A stretch of DNA of 64,000 bases from a virus (IMGVR_UViG_3300032011_003203:17265-81264), one strand, 5' to 3'; counted from the stretch's first letter, positions 8,450-17,627 are shown. Notes: generated by a model from the letters alone, not told the origin. Program-made: numbers and translations.

Positions 8450-8691
8450 TGGCAGGATTCAGAGGTAGACCAAGTAATAAAAGACCAATAGTAGAAGCAA
8501 TCAGAAGAAAATGTGTTGGTTGTGGTAAGATTAAGGAAGTTAAATTTAAGAAGTATTGGATTCCATCTTTTACTTTAGAAAAGGATATTCCAGCTTACAG
8601 CAAGAATGGTCCGAAGAAAGAACGATTAGAACGCAAGGGTGCGACAGTTAAGTACTATTGTGAGTATGATTGTTATCAAGAGAATAGGTAA
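8449..8691 (+). CDS. Hypothetical protein, possible zinc ribbon
   Basis: CVGC ... CEYDC; TAATG coupling. Confidence 0.55.
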   Translation: MAGFRGRPSNKRPIVEAIRRKCVGCGKIKEVKFKKYWIPSFTLEKDIPAYSKNGPKKERLERKGATVKYYCEYDCYQENR

Positions 8692-8864
8692 TGTCTAAAA
8701 AGAAATCTATATACGATTCAGGAACTACCAAAGGTTCAGCACCAAGAACATCAAACAAAAAGAAGTATGATGAAAATTGGGAAAAAATCTTTGGTAAGAA
8801 GAAAGATAAAAAAGAACCAAGTCCAAATGAATATGGGGATGATGATTATGCAACACCTGATTAG
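8691..8864 (+). CDS. Small hypothetical protein (57 aa, not in track)
   Basis: TAATG coupling; MSKKKSIYDSGTTKGSAPRTSNKKKYDENWEKIFGK... Confidence 0.55.
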   Translation: MSKKKSIYDSGTTKGSAPRTSNKKKYDENWEKIFGKKKDKKEPSPNEYGDDDYATPD

Positions 8865-8972
8865 AAAAATACTTTGGTATTTGGGAAATTTGAAGCATAT
8901 ATATTTTATGTATCAATACAAGAAACACTTAAAAATGAGAATTGAAAAAAATAACTTTGGAAGAAATGAAGA

Positions 8973-9926
8973 ATGGTAAATAATAAAATCGGTTATGCGT
9001 GTATCAATATGCAACTTAGTTATCCTACTAAGTATGGTAATAAACCAAAAGGTACACAACCTATCACAACAAATCGTAGTATGATTAAAAGAACCTTTAC
9101 AGAGAAAGGTGTTGATTATGCTTCAGAACTTATCCTACAAAATGTAAAAGATTTAAACTCAATCATTAATTGGAATATATTAAATGGTTACGATTTCTAT
9201 CGTATGAGTAGTGATATCACGCCTTGGAAAACTGAGTATGAATGGAGTGACCTAAAAGATATTACAGAAATCAAACAATGGTTACATTCTGCTGGTACAC
9301 TCGCAACTACTCACGGAATTAGATTAACAACACATCCAGGCCCTTTCAATGTATTGGTTTCACCACACGAGCATGTAGTGGATAATTGTGTAAAGGACTT
9401 AACAATACACGGAGATGTTATGGATATGATGGGATTATCTCGTACACCATACAATAAAATTAATATACATCTTGGTGGTGTCTATGGTGATAAACAATCT
9501 GCTATGGATAGATTTTGTAAAAACTTTTCTAAGTTACCAATGAGTGTACAAACAAGATTGACTGTCGAGAACGACGACAAGGCATCAATGTATTCAGTAA
9601 AGGAGTTATACGATGGAATATACAAACGAATTAATATCCCTATTGTGTTTGATTATCATCACCACAGATTTTGTGATGGTGGTTTATCGGAACAAGAAGC
9701 GTTAGAATTGGCAATGTCTACTTGGGGAGATATCAAACCAGCAGTTCACTATTCTGAATCAAGAAGTATTGAACAAGAGGATACAAAAATTCGACCACAG
9801 GCACATTCAGATTATGTGTATGATTATATCGATACATATGGTAATGGTGTTGATATTATGGTTGAGGCAAAAGCTAAAGAGTTAGCAGTAAACAAATATA
9901 AACAAATACACATAAAGGAGTTATAG
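8973..9926 (+). CDS. uvsE: UV-damage endonuclease (UvsE/UVDE)
   Basis: IGYACIN, FYRMSSD, RLTTHPGPFNVL, INIHLGG, RLTVENDD, VFDYHHH, HYSES, AHSD, DIMVEAKAKE. Confidence 0.93.
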   Translation: MVNNKIGYACINMQLSYPTKYGNKPKGTQPITTNRSMIKRTFTEKGVDYASELILQNVKDLNSIINWNILNGYDFYRMSSDITPWKTEYEWSDLKDITEIKQWLHSAGTLATTHGIRLTTHPGPFNVLVSPHEHVVDNCVKDLTIHGDVMDMMGLSRTPYNKINIHLGGVYGDKQSAMDRFCKNFSKLPMSVQTRLTVENDDKASMYSVKELYDGIYKRINIPIVFDYHHHRFCDGGLSEQEALELAMSTWGDIKPAVHYSESRSIEQEDTKIRPQAHSDYVYDYIDTYGNGVDIMVEAKAKELAVNKYKQIHIKEL

Positions 9927-10130
9927 ATGTATTATGAAGTACAAGTAGTATTTACTGAGGAAATAGCAACAAAGAATAGCGTACGAGAAAAGAAAACTCG
10001 TAGAGCATTTTTAGTTGAGTGTGATTCAGTATCAGTAGCAGAAGCAAAGGTTAATGAGGATTTAAAAGATTCACCTTATCCATTTGAAGTTAAAGTGGCA
10101 AAAGAATCTAAGATAGTTGGAGTAATATAA
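9927..10130 (+). CDS. DUF4494-like small protein
   Basis: YYEVQV...EKK...FLVE.DSVS.AEA...ESKI pattern recalled from FCB-group DUF4494. Confidence 0.55.
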   Translation: MYYEVQVVFTEEIATKNSVREKKTRRAFLVECDSVSVAEAKVNEDLKDSPYPFEVKVAKESKIVGVI

Positions 10131-10264
10131 TGACATTTTTAGAAGCATGTGAACTTCTTACTGAGATTCTTGTTGGTAAAAAAACCAAGAAGAAGAACAG
10201 AAAAACTGGTAGAAGAACTGAAACAAAAACCAGAAGAAGATACACAAGGAGAAAGAGTAAATGA
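10130..10264 (+). CDS. Small Arg/Lys-rich peptide
   Basis: TAATG coupling; 44 aa with very basic C-terminal half. Confidence 0.4.
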   Translation: MTFLEACELLTEILVGKKTKKKNRKTGRRTETKTRRRYTRRKSK

Positions 10265-10410
10265 GTTATCGTGATGTTGAAACTCTTTTAGATATAATTG
10301 GAACTATACTACATCTTACTGCAGGTGGTATCTTACTATACTTTATGTATCAGTTCTCTGAGGGAATGAGTGCATGGGTTGAGTTGGATAGGATGGTACG
10401 AGGATGGTAG
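10261..10410 (+). CDS. Small membrane peptide
   Basis: ATGA overlap, AGGAG RBS, one TM segment. Confidence 0.45.
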   Translation: MSYRDVETLLDIIGTILHLTAGGILLYFMYQFSEGMSAWVELDRMVRGW

Positions 10411-10985
10411 TACAGAGTTTATTAAGTGGATTAGTTTTCTTCACATCATTTGCTATGAGAACACCAAACGATGATAGTATCACTAAGGATGATTATGAAA
10501 TAACATTCGGATTTAAAAACGAACAGATGTATTTTAAACGAGATTGGGAACGAGAGTTAGGACAGAGATATGTGGATGATGAAATATGGTTTGAATGGAA
10601 ACCAAAAAACTTTTATCTCAAACCACAATATGTAAATAAAACTTCTCGTGATTTACAATATGGTAAAACTGATATTCGTTATCGTAGTGGAGATTACTCA
10701 ATTGGATATACTGGTTTGTATGCTGATAAAGCATTTGAAAGTGGTTTATCTCTTGGTGTAAGTAAGAAGAAAGAAATCAATCACACTTTATCTTTAGAGG
10801 CAAAGTGGGATGGATATATTTTCAGAAGTGATATTACAGGCGAGAGTAGATTCGATATGGAAGATTATGCAAAGATTAACTATAAGATAAATGAACACTT
10901 AACACTAACCAATATATTTGATTATAATAATGTAAAGGGTAAAAAATATTATAAATTTAAAGTAGGATTAGAGTACGAATTATAG
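10404..10985 (+). CDS. Putative outer-membrane beta-barrel protein
   Basis: Signal-peptide-like N-terminus, alternating aromatic/hydrophobic strands, C-terminal FKVGLEYEL. Confidence 0.5.
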   Translation: MVVQSLLSGLVFFTSFAMRTPNDDSITKDDYEITFGFKNEQMYFKRDWERELGQRYVDDEIWFEWKPKNFYLKPQYVNKTSRDLQYGKTDIRYRSGDYSIGYTGLYADKAFESGLSLGVSKKKEINHTLSLEAKWDGYIFRSDITGESRFDMEDYAKINYKINEHLTLTNIFDYNNVKGKKYYKFKVGLEYEL

Positions 10986-11027
10986 TACTTACTCATACTT
11001 ATAATAATAATTTAAGGAGACATTATA

Positions 11028-11177
11028 ATGTCATTAGCGGAAATTAAAGAGAAATTAGAAAAAGCTTATAACGATGAAGATTGGAATGTCGTTGAAGAAA
11101 TTCTCGAAACATTATCATACGAGGTAGAATTAAATGACCCGTATGGGTATGAAGATGATGATGATGAAATTGATTAA
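11028..11177 (+). CDS. Small acidic protein
   Basis: AGGAG RBS and promoter motif at 10995; 49 aa with D/E-rich tail. Confidence 0.6.
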   Translation: MSLAEIKEKLEKAYNDEDWNVVEEILETLSYEVELNDPYGYEDDDDEID

Positions 11178-11180
11178 TAT

Positions 11181-11528
11181 GGGGCTGCTTGGTATCGACA
11201 GGTGCTGTTTCGTATTTGAGTGCAACGGAGTTTGAGCAAGACTCGCTACAAAAGGTTCATCTTGATTAATTGGCAATACTGCTAATTACGCTTACGCTTA
11301 ATGTGTAAGGCTCGTTCCAAGACTCAGATATTGGGTAACGGGTTCATAAATCTGAAAAGAACTCACTTTAGTTAGAGGGAAGTTAGTGATTAAAGAAACT
11401 ACCAGTTTTCAAGAGCTGTATATAACTTGACAAAGGTTGATGATAACTAAAATTTGGAATCATCTAAAGTTGTGAACGACTTGATATGATAGGTAGACTG
11501 GACGGGGGTTCGACTCCCCCCAGCTCCA
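11181..11528 (+). ncRNA. ssrA: tmRNA with tag (A)GNTANYAYA
   Basis: 5' GGGGCTG..TCGACAG; 3' GACGGGGGTTCGACTCCCCCCAGCTCCA with G3.U70 Ala identity pair; tag ORF 11272-11301; ~350 nt. Confidence 0.93.
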
Positions 11529-11532
11529 CAAT

Positions 11533-12312
11533 ATGAAAAAAATACAAATAGAATATTATATAACACTTAATTGTAATTTAGATTGTATTGCGTGTTCTTC
11601 ATTTTCACCATTGGTAAAAAAGAAAACACCACATATAGATTTTGAATATATTAAAAAAGATTTTAAAAAATTATATAAAGTAACAGAAGATGGAGAGAGA
11701 ATATCAGTATTAGTTTTGATGGGTGGAGAACCATTATTGCATCCAAACATAAATCAGATTATTCAATACTTTAGTGAGTTGGGAGTTTCATTGAGAATAG
11801 TTACAAACGGAATATTAATACCAGCAATGGATGATGAGTTCTTTAAGTTGGTTCGTAAATATTCAGTAGAAGTGATTGTATCTATTTATAAAGTATTAAA
11901 ATATGAAAAGGTATTTACAACATTAGATAGTAACAATATACCTTATAGATTATATGACCAAAAAGGAACTTTTGGACATAAGTATCTACATAATGAAAAG
12001 AGAACTCATATAATGGATTGTTGGTATAGAGATAATGTTCATATATTAAAAGATAATAAAATATATACTTGTTCAGAAACTGCATTCTTTAATATATTTG
12101 ATGCAAAATTTAAAGGATTACATAAGTTAAAAATAACTAACGATGATTATATAGATTTGGATGATGTAGAAACTTTTGAAGAGTTGATGAAGTTAAGAAG
12201 TACATCTGTGCCACCACTATGTTACAATTGTGATGGTAGTGAAAAAAGCAAAACAGAATGGGTTCGTTCAGATGGTTCAATAGAAGAATGGTTAAATATA
12301 AAAAGTACTTGA
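11533..12312 (+). CDS. Radical SAM protein with C-terminal SPASM/twitch-like cysteines
   Basis: CNLDCIAC, MGGEPLLHP, IVTNG, IYTC and CYNC. Confidence 0.85.
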   Translation: MKKIQIEYYITLNCNLDCIACSSFSPLVKKKTPHIDFEYIKKDFKKLYKVTEDGERISVLVLMGGEPLLHPNINQIIQYFSELGVSLRIVTNGILIPAMDDEFFKLVRKYSVEVIVSIYKVLKYEKVFTTLDSNNIPYRLYDQKGTFGHKYLHNEKRTHIMDCWYRDNVHILKDNKIYTCSETAFFNIFDAKFKGLHKLKITNDDYIDLDDVETFEELMKLRSTSVPPLCYNCDGSEKSKTEWVRSDGSIEEWLNIKST

Positions 12313-12338
12313 CATTAATAGTAAAAAAGTCGTATATT
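12309..12338 (+). promoter_or_regulatory. Sigma70-type early promoter TTGACA-N18-TATATT
   Basis: Consensus -35 box with the same spacing as the other three copies. Confidence 0.75.
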
Positions 12339-12372
12339 CAAACAATAAACTTAACAGAGGCATAGAAATAAA

Positions 12373-12969
12373 ATGAATTTTAATAATATAGCTCGATATT
12401 TATATACGAGTGTGAAAGATGATTCATATGAATCAATTATGGAAAACATAAGAACATATTTTGGAATTGCGTTTATGGCAATCGTTATCTTTAATGGTTT
12501 CGTATGGACAAAGATTTTTGACAATTACAAGAGTTTTCACCAAGAAACATTGGTGAATTTGACGGACGAAAATAAGAAACTAAAAGAGTTAGTTTCTGAA
12601 CATAACCTTGAGGGGATGAATGTGACAGTAACGATGTATCATCCAGTTTCGCAGCAAACAGACTCCACACCGAACATTCTCGCGGATGGAACGCGAATTA
12701 GGATACACAAAGCTAGTGAGTATCGATACATAGCGGTTAGTAGGAATCTTTTAAAGCGATATGGTGGATGGTTGAATTACGGAGATTTCATTTTACTTAA
12801 AGGTACGGATGGCAAAGATGGTATGTACCAAGTAAGAGATACAATGAACCCAAGATTTGTAAATAGAATAGACATATTGGAATCACCAGGTACTAAACCA
12901 TATAAGTTTGATGTAGCACAAATTTCTCGTTTGCCAGAAGAAAGTCTTGTAACATATAATAATAATTAA
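12373..12969 (+). CDS. Membrane-anchored 3D-domain (MltA/RlpA-like) cell-wall protein
   Basis: TM helix, coiled coil, VTVTMY..QTDSTP, IAVSRNL, VRDTMNPRFVNRIDIL; start may be 12439. Confidence 0.75.
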   Translation: MNFNNIARYLYTSVKDDSYESIMENIRTYFGIAFMAIVIFNGFVWTKIFDNYKSFHQETLVNLTDENKKLKELVSEHNLEGMNVTVTMYHPVSQQTDSTPNILADGTRIRIHKASEYRYIAVSRNLLKRYGGWLNYGDFILLKGTDGKDGMYQVRDTMNPRFVNRIDILESPGTKPYKFDVAQISRLPEESLVTYNNN

Positions 12970-12990
12970 AAAATAACAAATAGAGTATAG

Positions 12991-14610
12991 ATGAAAAAAT
13001 GGTTTTATGAGAGAAGTAAATTCTCTGAGTTTAAATCGAATACGACTTATCATAAGTTGTTAAAGATGTCAGTAGAAGAGTTTAATGATTGGGCACGATT
13101 ACTTAGACAAGAAGTTACTACTCAATGGGATGAATACGGAACACCACCCGTAATCGGTAAAGATGAAGATGGTATCATTAAGAAATTCAAAAAACTAAAA
13201 GACAATCCTTGTGATTATTTAATTGAAGATAATACTGGTGATGATGAATCACTTGGTATAATTAAGAACTTCAATAAAGATGCGAGTAGTGTTAATCAGT
13301 TCTTTCCAACAATGTTAAAAACAAAAATCAGTATTGGTGCATCAGCCGATAATGGTTTATCTATCTATGACCACTTTGGTGACCCAGAGTTAGAAGATAA
13401 GTTTGTTCACATTATGCGTAGAGCAGTAAAGAAAGATTCTATGTATAGTTGGAGTAGAAGTATCGTAACTAAGAAAGATGAGAATCCTTTTTGGAATGGT
13501 GAGACTGGTAAAGAATTTATTAAGAATGTTTATGATGGTAAAGTTTCTATTGGTAAATATTCAGATACAAGATTTGTACTTGCAAGAGTAAAGAAAAGTA
13601 CAGTCGGTAATTATGGTACTATGAATGAAGAGTTTAAAGGACACGGAAATGTTTATTTAACTGCAGAGGAAGTACAAGATTGTAAGGATAGTGGTTATTT
13701 AAATGATACACAATTAAGTAACATACCAGATATAGTTTCATCTGAAACAAGTAAGACTGGTAAAGTAACTGAGTTCTTATATCTAATTAGACACTATGAT
13801 AAAACTATTGGAATCTTTCCAAAGATATTACAAGTGTTTAGATTAGCGTGTGGACAACCTGCAGTAAACTTTCCACCACTAACAGCAAAACTTTTGTATG
13901 AAAAATTTACAGACCATATAGATAATCAAGAACAAACATTTCATATCTATGACCCATCAAGTGGTTGGGGTGGTAGAATTTTAGGAGCAATGAGTTCTCG
14001 TAAGAATATACACTATGTTGGTACAGACCCTAATCCAGATAATTTAGGTAGATATCAAGCAGTTGCTGATTTCTATAATAATAATTGTGTTGATGATTTC
14101 TCTGAAAACTTTAATAAGTTTTTTGATGTAGAAAAACAATCAAACACATATGAAGTATTTAGTGATGGTAGTGAATTAATATCTAACAATCCAGCATTTC
14201 AAAAATATAAAGGTAAGTTGGATGTAGTATTTACATCACCACCATATTTTAATCGTGAACAATATTCTCAAGATGAGAACCAGTCGTTCAAGGCCTATGG
14301 TGAGTATCAAGACTGGAGAGATAACTTCTTAGAACCCACATTACGAACCGCTTACGAGTATCTAAAGAATGATAGATATATCCTTTGGAACATCGCAAGT
14401 ATCAAAATAGGTGCAAATACTTATTATGATTTAGAGGGTGATAGTAGAAAAATCTTAGAAGAACTTGGGTGTGAATATAAAGGTAAATTAAAAATGTTAA
14501 TGACAAGAATGATTGGGTTAGACCCATCTAAGACTGGAATTTTAAATTCAGTACAACACGATAATAATGTGTATAAGTTTGAACCAATATTTGTGTACTA
14601 TAAAAGATGA
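12991..14610 (+). CDS. DNA amino-methyltransferase (SPPY type, m4C or m6A)
   Basis: Motif I YDPSSGWGGR, YVGTDPN, motif IV FTSPPYF. Confidence 0.85.
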   Translation: MKKWFYERSKFSEFKSNTTYHKLLKMSVEEFNDWARLLRQEVTTQWDEYGTPPVIGKDEDGIIKKFKKLKDNPCDYLIEDNTGDDESLGIIKNFNKDASSVNQFFPTMLKTKISIGASADNGLSIYDHFGDPELEDKFVHIMRRAVKKDSMYSWSRSIVTKKDENPFWNGETGKEFIKNVYDGKVSIGKYSDTRFVLARVKKSTVGNYGTMNEEFKGHGNVYLTAEEVQDCKDSGYLNDTQLSNIPDIVSSETSKTGKVTEFLYLIRHYDKTIGIFPKILQVFRLACGQPAVNFPPLTAKLLYEKFTDHIDNQEQTFHIYDPSSGWGGRILGAMSSRKNIHYVGTDPNPDNLGRYQAVADFYNNNCVDDFSENFNKFFDVEKQSNTYEVFSDGSELISNNPAFQKYKGKLDVVFTSPPYFNREQYSQDENQSFKAYGEYQDWRDNFLEPTLRTAYEYLKNDRYILWNIASIKIGANTYYDLEGDSRKILEELGCEYKGKLKMLMTRMIGLDPSKTGILNSVQHDNNVYKFEPIFVYYKR

Positions 14611-15293
14611 TAGTAATTAAAGCAAACTCACCAACAGATGCTTGGATAAAATCACACGAGTATCTTTTAGAAAATGGTAACAAAGATGTGATGAATGAAA
14701 GTATTAATATGTCGGTAGAGATAGAAGATAACTTTGATACAGAACCTAAGTTCGATGGATTGTTTAGAGAAATCTTTGGTGATGATAGAATAGATTATGC
14801 AAGTTCAGTTACATTTGTTAAACCAACAGAACATCCTTTTATGGATGAATTACAATTCCAACAAAATGATACTAAAGTAAAGTGGAACAAAACTTATTGG
14901 GGTAGAATGATTAATTGGGATAATAGTTTCAATCAAATAGAACAAGTTATAAAAAGATTAAAAGAACATAAGAATAGTAAAACAATTGCAATGAGTATCT
15001 ACGACCCGAAATCAGATGGTAGAAAAACAATGAGTGGAATGCCTTGTTTATTATCAATAGATTTAAAACCAAGAAAAGATGGATTGTATTTAACAGCATT
15101 CTTTCGTAGTATGAGAATTAGTAAGAGTGGTTATGCTGATTGGGTTGCGTTGTGTGAGATGGCAAAGTTCTTATGTGAACAAGCAGATTTAAAATTAAAA
15201 AGAGTTACAACAATTGGTGGTTCAGTTCATCTTGGTGATATGAATAACGAAAAGAAAAATGTCAAGGAGTTACTTAGTGTGTGGAATAGTTAG
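14607..15293 (+). CDS. Thymidylate-synthase-fold protein, dCMP-hydroxymethylase-like
   Basis: YWGR, NQIEQVI, catalytic PC, FRS, Asp at the TS Asn177 position (GYAD), GSVHL. Confidence 0.75.
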   Translation: MIVIKANSPTDAWIKSHEYLLENGNKDVMNESINMSVEIEDNFDTEPKFDGLFREIFGDDRIDYASSVTFVKPTEHPFMDELQFQQNDTKVKWNKTYWGRMINWDNSFNQIEQVIKRLKEHKNSKTIAMSIYDPKSDGRKTMSGMPCLLSIDLKPRKDGLYLTAFFRSMRISKSGYADWVALCEMAKFLCEQADLKLKRVTTIGGSVHLGDMNNEKKNVKELLSVWNS

Positions 15294-16782
15294 TACGGTC
15301 AATCATAGTGATGAAGTTGTACACGATATGTTACTTCAAATTGAACACAGAGGTAGGGATAATCGAGAGATTTTTGAGAGTGGTAATGTTCACCTGGGCC
15401 ACAATAGATTAAGTATAAATGATGTGAGTGAAGCAGGAAATCAGCCATTTGTTTGGAATGATTATGCACTTGTAGTTAATGGTGAGATATGGAACTATCC
15501 ACAATTAAGAAAAGAATATGAAGAACGAGGTTATACATTTTTTAGTAATAGTGATTCAGAAATAATTTTATATCTATACAAAGAAAATGAATTAAAAAGA
15601 TTAGAGGGTATGTTTAGTTTTGTATTGCATGATACCTTAACTAATGAGTTAGTTGTATCGAGAGATTGGGTTGGTAAGATTCCATTATACATTTATAACA
15701 ATGATACAAATATTTTAATTGCATCTGAAATGAAATCAATATTAAAAATATTACCACAAGCAGAATGTAAGTTTGTTCCAAAAAATTCAGTAGTTAGAAT
15801 AAATACAATTACTGGTTCAGTACATATTGATAAAGATTACTATTTTACTTGGACACCATTTGAGGATAAAGAGTTTGACCAAGATGAGGTTAACAAAAAA
15901 ACTTATGAGTTGTTAGATACTGCAGTAGAGAAAAGATTATTAAGTGATGTTAAGGTTGCAACTTGTTTAAGTGGTGGTATTGATTCAAGTGTAATTACTT
16001 ATTTGTTAAGTAAGAAAGTACCTGATATCGTATCTTATACAGTCAAGTTCGATGAGGATTCAAGAGATTTAATGTTTGCAAGAATGGTTGCAGAACATAT
16101 CAATGTACCATTGGTTGAGGTTGAGATACCAAGAGACCCAGAAGAATTAAAAAGAAAATTTTTAGAAACAATAAAGGTTATAGAATATCCATCAACAGTC
16201 CAAATGGAAGTTGGTATTCTACAAAGTTATGTTGCCGAGAAAATGGCAGAGGATGGTGTTAAGGTTGCGTTTAGTGGTGAGGGTTCTGATGAATCGTATG
16301 GTTCATATGGTACATTCAGAATGTTCAGTAAGAAACCAGATTGGAGTGATGTACGAAAGAAATTATTTGAGAAACAATACTATGGTAATTTACTTCGTGG
16401 GAATAATATCTTTATGAATTATGGAACAATAGAATTAAGATGTCCATTCTTTGATTTAGATTTTTTAGATTACACTACTAACCTTACACAACCAGTATTA
16501 GATAATAGTGGAAACCAATGGAAGAAACCACTTGCTGAAGCATTTCGTGGACACTTACCAGATGAGGTATGTGACCAAGAGAAACGAGCATTTCAAAAAG
16601 GAACAAACTTCAAAGAGTATATAGAAGATGTAATTCTAAATGATACAGATATAAATTTTAAAAATAGAAAAAAACTATTTCATTGTATCGGAGATAACTT
16701 TGAAAGAATATTTGGTTTCAAACATAAAGGTATGAGAGATACTTTATCTGGCACTGAAAATGGATTTGGGAAATGGATATAA
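15277..16782 (+). CDS. Asparagine-synthetase-B-like glutamine amidotransferase
   Basis: GTG start gives MCGI (Ntn nucleophile Cys2); HRGRD, LGHNRLSI, NGEIWN, LSGGIDSS, SGEGSDE, ELRCPFFD. Confidence 0.9.
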   Translation: MCGIVSTVNHSDEVVHDMLLQIEHRGRDNREIFESGNVHLGHNRLSINDVSEAGNQPFVWNDYALVVNGEIWNYPQLRKEYEERGYTFFSNSDSEIILYLYKENELKRLEGMFSFVLHDTLTNELVVSRDWVGKIPLYIYNNDTNILIASEMKSILKILPQAECKFVPKNSVVRINTITGSVHIDKDYYFTWTPFEDKEFDQDEVNKKTYELLDTAVEKRLLSDVKVATCLSGGIDSSVITYLLSKKVPDIVSYTVKFDEDSRDLMFARMVAEHINVPLVEVEIPRDPEELKRKFLETIKVIEYPSTVQMEVGILQSYVAEKMAEDGVKVAFSGEGSDESYGSYGTFRMFSKKPDWSDVRKKLFEKQYYGNLLRGNNIFMNYGTIELRCPFFDLDFLDYTTNLTQPVLDNSGNQWKKPLAEAFRGHLPDEVCDQEKRAFQKGTNFKEYIEDVILNDTDINFKNRKKLFHCIGDNFERIFGFKHKGMRDTLSGTENGFGKWI

Positions 16783-17618
16783 TACAAACACCAATAGAAA
16801 CTTATACATTAAATGGTATCGATGTTGATGTCAAGAGAGATGATTTAGTTGGTGATGGAGTTAACTTTCCACGATGGGCAAAGATAGAGGGTATAAGAAA
16901 AATATTAGAGAGTGATGATATTGATAAATCAAAACCACTAACTCACTTATCAGTTTATGGAAGTTGGACTGGATGGACATTAAGTAAGTTGTGTAAAGAG
17001 TATGGTATAGAATTTATTTCTGCTTATCCAGATACACAAAAGTTTCCACAAGTATTGTTAGAACGAGTAGAGGGTAATGGTGGTAAGTTACATCCGATGA
17101 GACCTAATATGATGGCGTTTATGCAAAACAAATTAAACACACAAGCAAAAGAAAATGGTTGGCAACAATTACCATACGCATTCAATCATCCCGCATACAT
17201 TAGTTATATGGGGGCAAGAATGAGAGAAGTTTTAAAAGATAGGGAATATGATAACCTTGTTGTTAGTATTGGTAGTGGTGTTACTGCAAGTGGATTAATA
17301 AAAGAATTTTTAGAGTACGGAGATGATTGGTGGAAGTTAAATAACGAATCAAGAAAAGTTTATTCTATTACGATGAGTGCATTCTCATCAACAAAAAAGA
17401 TTTTAAATGAGAATCACGCTGGTGATTTGAAAAATATAATACTCGAAAAATCACCATATGCATTTGATGATATGATGGATGATTATAAAGTACCATTTGA
17501 TTGTAATGAATTTTGGGACAAGAAACAATGGTATTGGTTAGAGGATAATATACAGAAACTTAAAGGGAAAACTTTATTTTGGAACATTGGTGGTTCTTAT
17601 TTAAATTCAATAAAATAA
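16773..17618 (+). CDS. PLP-dependent enzyme, fold type II (ACC deaminase/D-Cys desulfhydrase-like)
   Basis: VKRDDL, candidate PLP Lys in WAKI, VVSIGSGVTASG phosphate loop, LFWNIGG. Confidence 0.75.
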   Translation: MDIIQTPIETYTLNGIDVDVKRDDLVGDGVNFPRWAKIEGIRKILESDDIDKSKPLTHLSVYGSWTGWTLSKLCKEYGIEFISAYPDTQKFPQVLLERVEGNGGKLHPMRPNMMAFMQNKLNTQAKENGWQQLPYAFNHPAYISYMGARMREVLKDREYDNLVVSIGSGVTASGLIKEFLEYGDDWWKLNNESRKVYSITMSAFSSTKKILNENHAGDLKNIILEKSPYAFDDMMDDYKVPFDCNEFWDKKQWYWLEDNIQKLKGKTLFWNIGGSYLNSIK

Positions 17619-17627
17619 AAAAAACAC

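Noticed and set aside
11181-11533. tmRNA 3' end as a prophage or island attachment site
   Set aside because: No integrase and no duplicated tmRNA 3' fragment in the window; phage-type genes and promoters continue on both sides.
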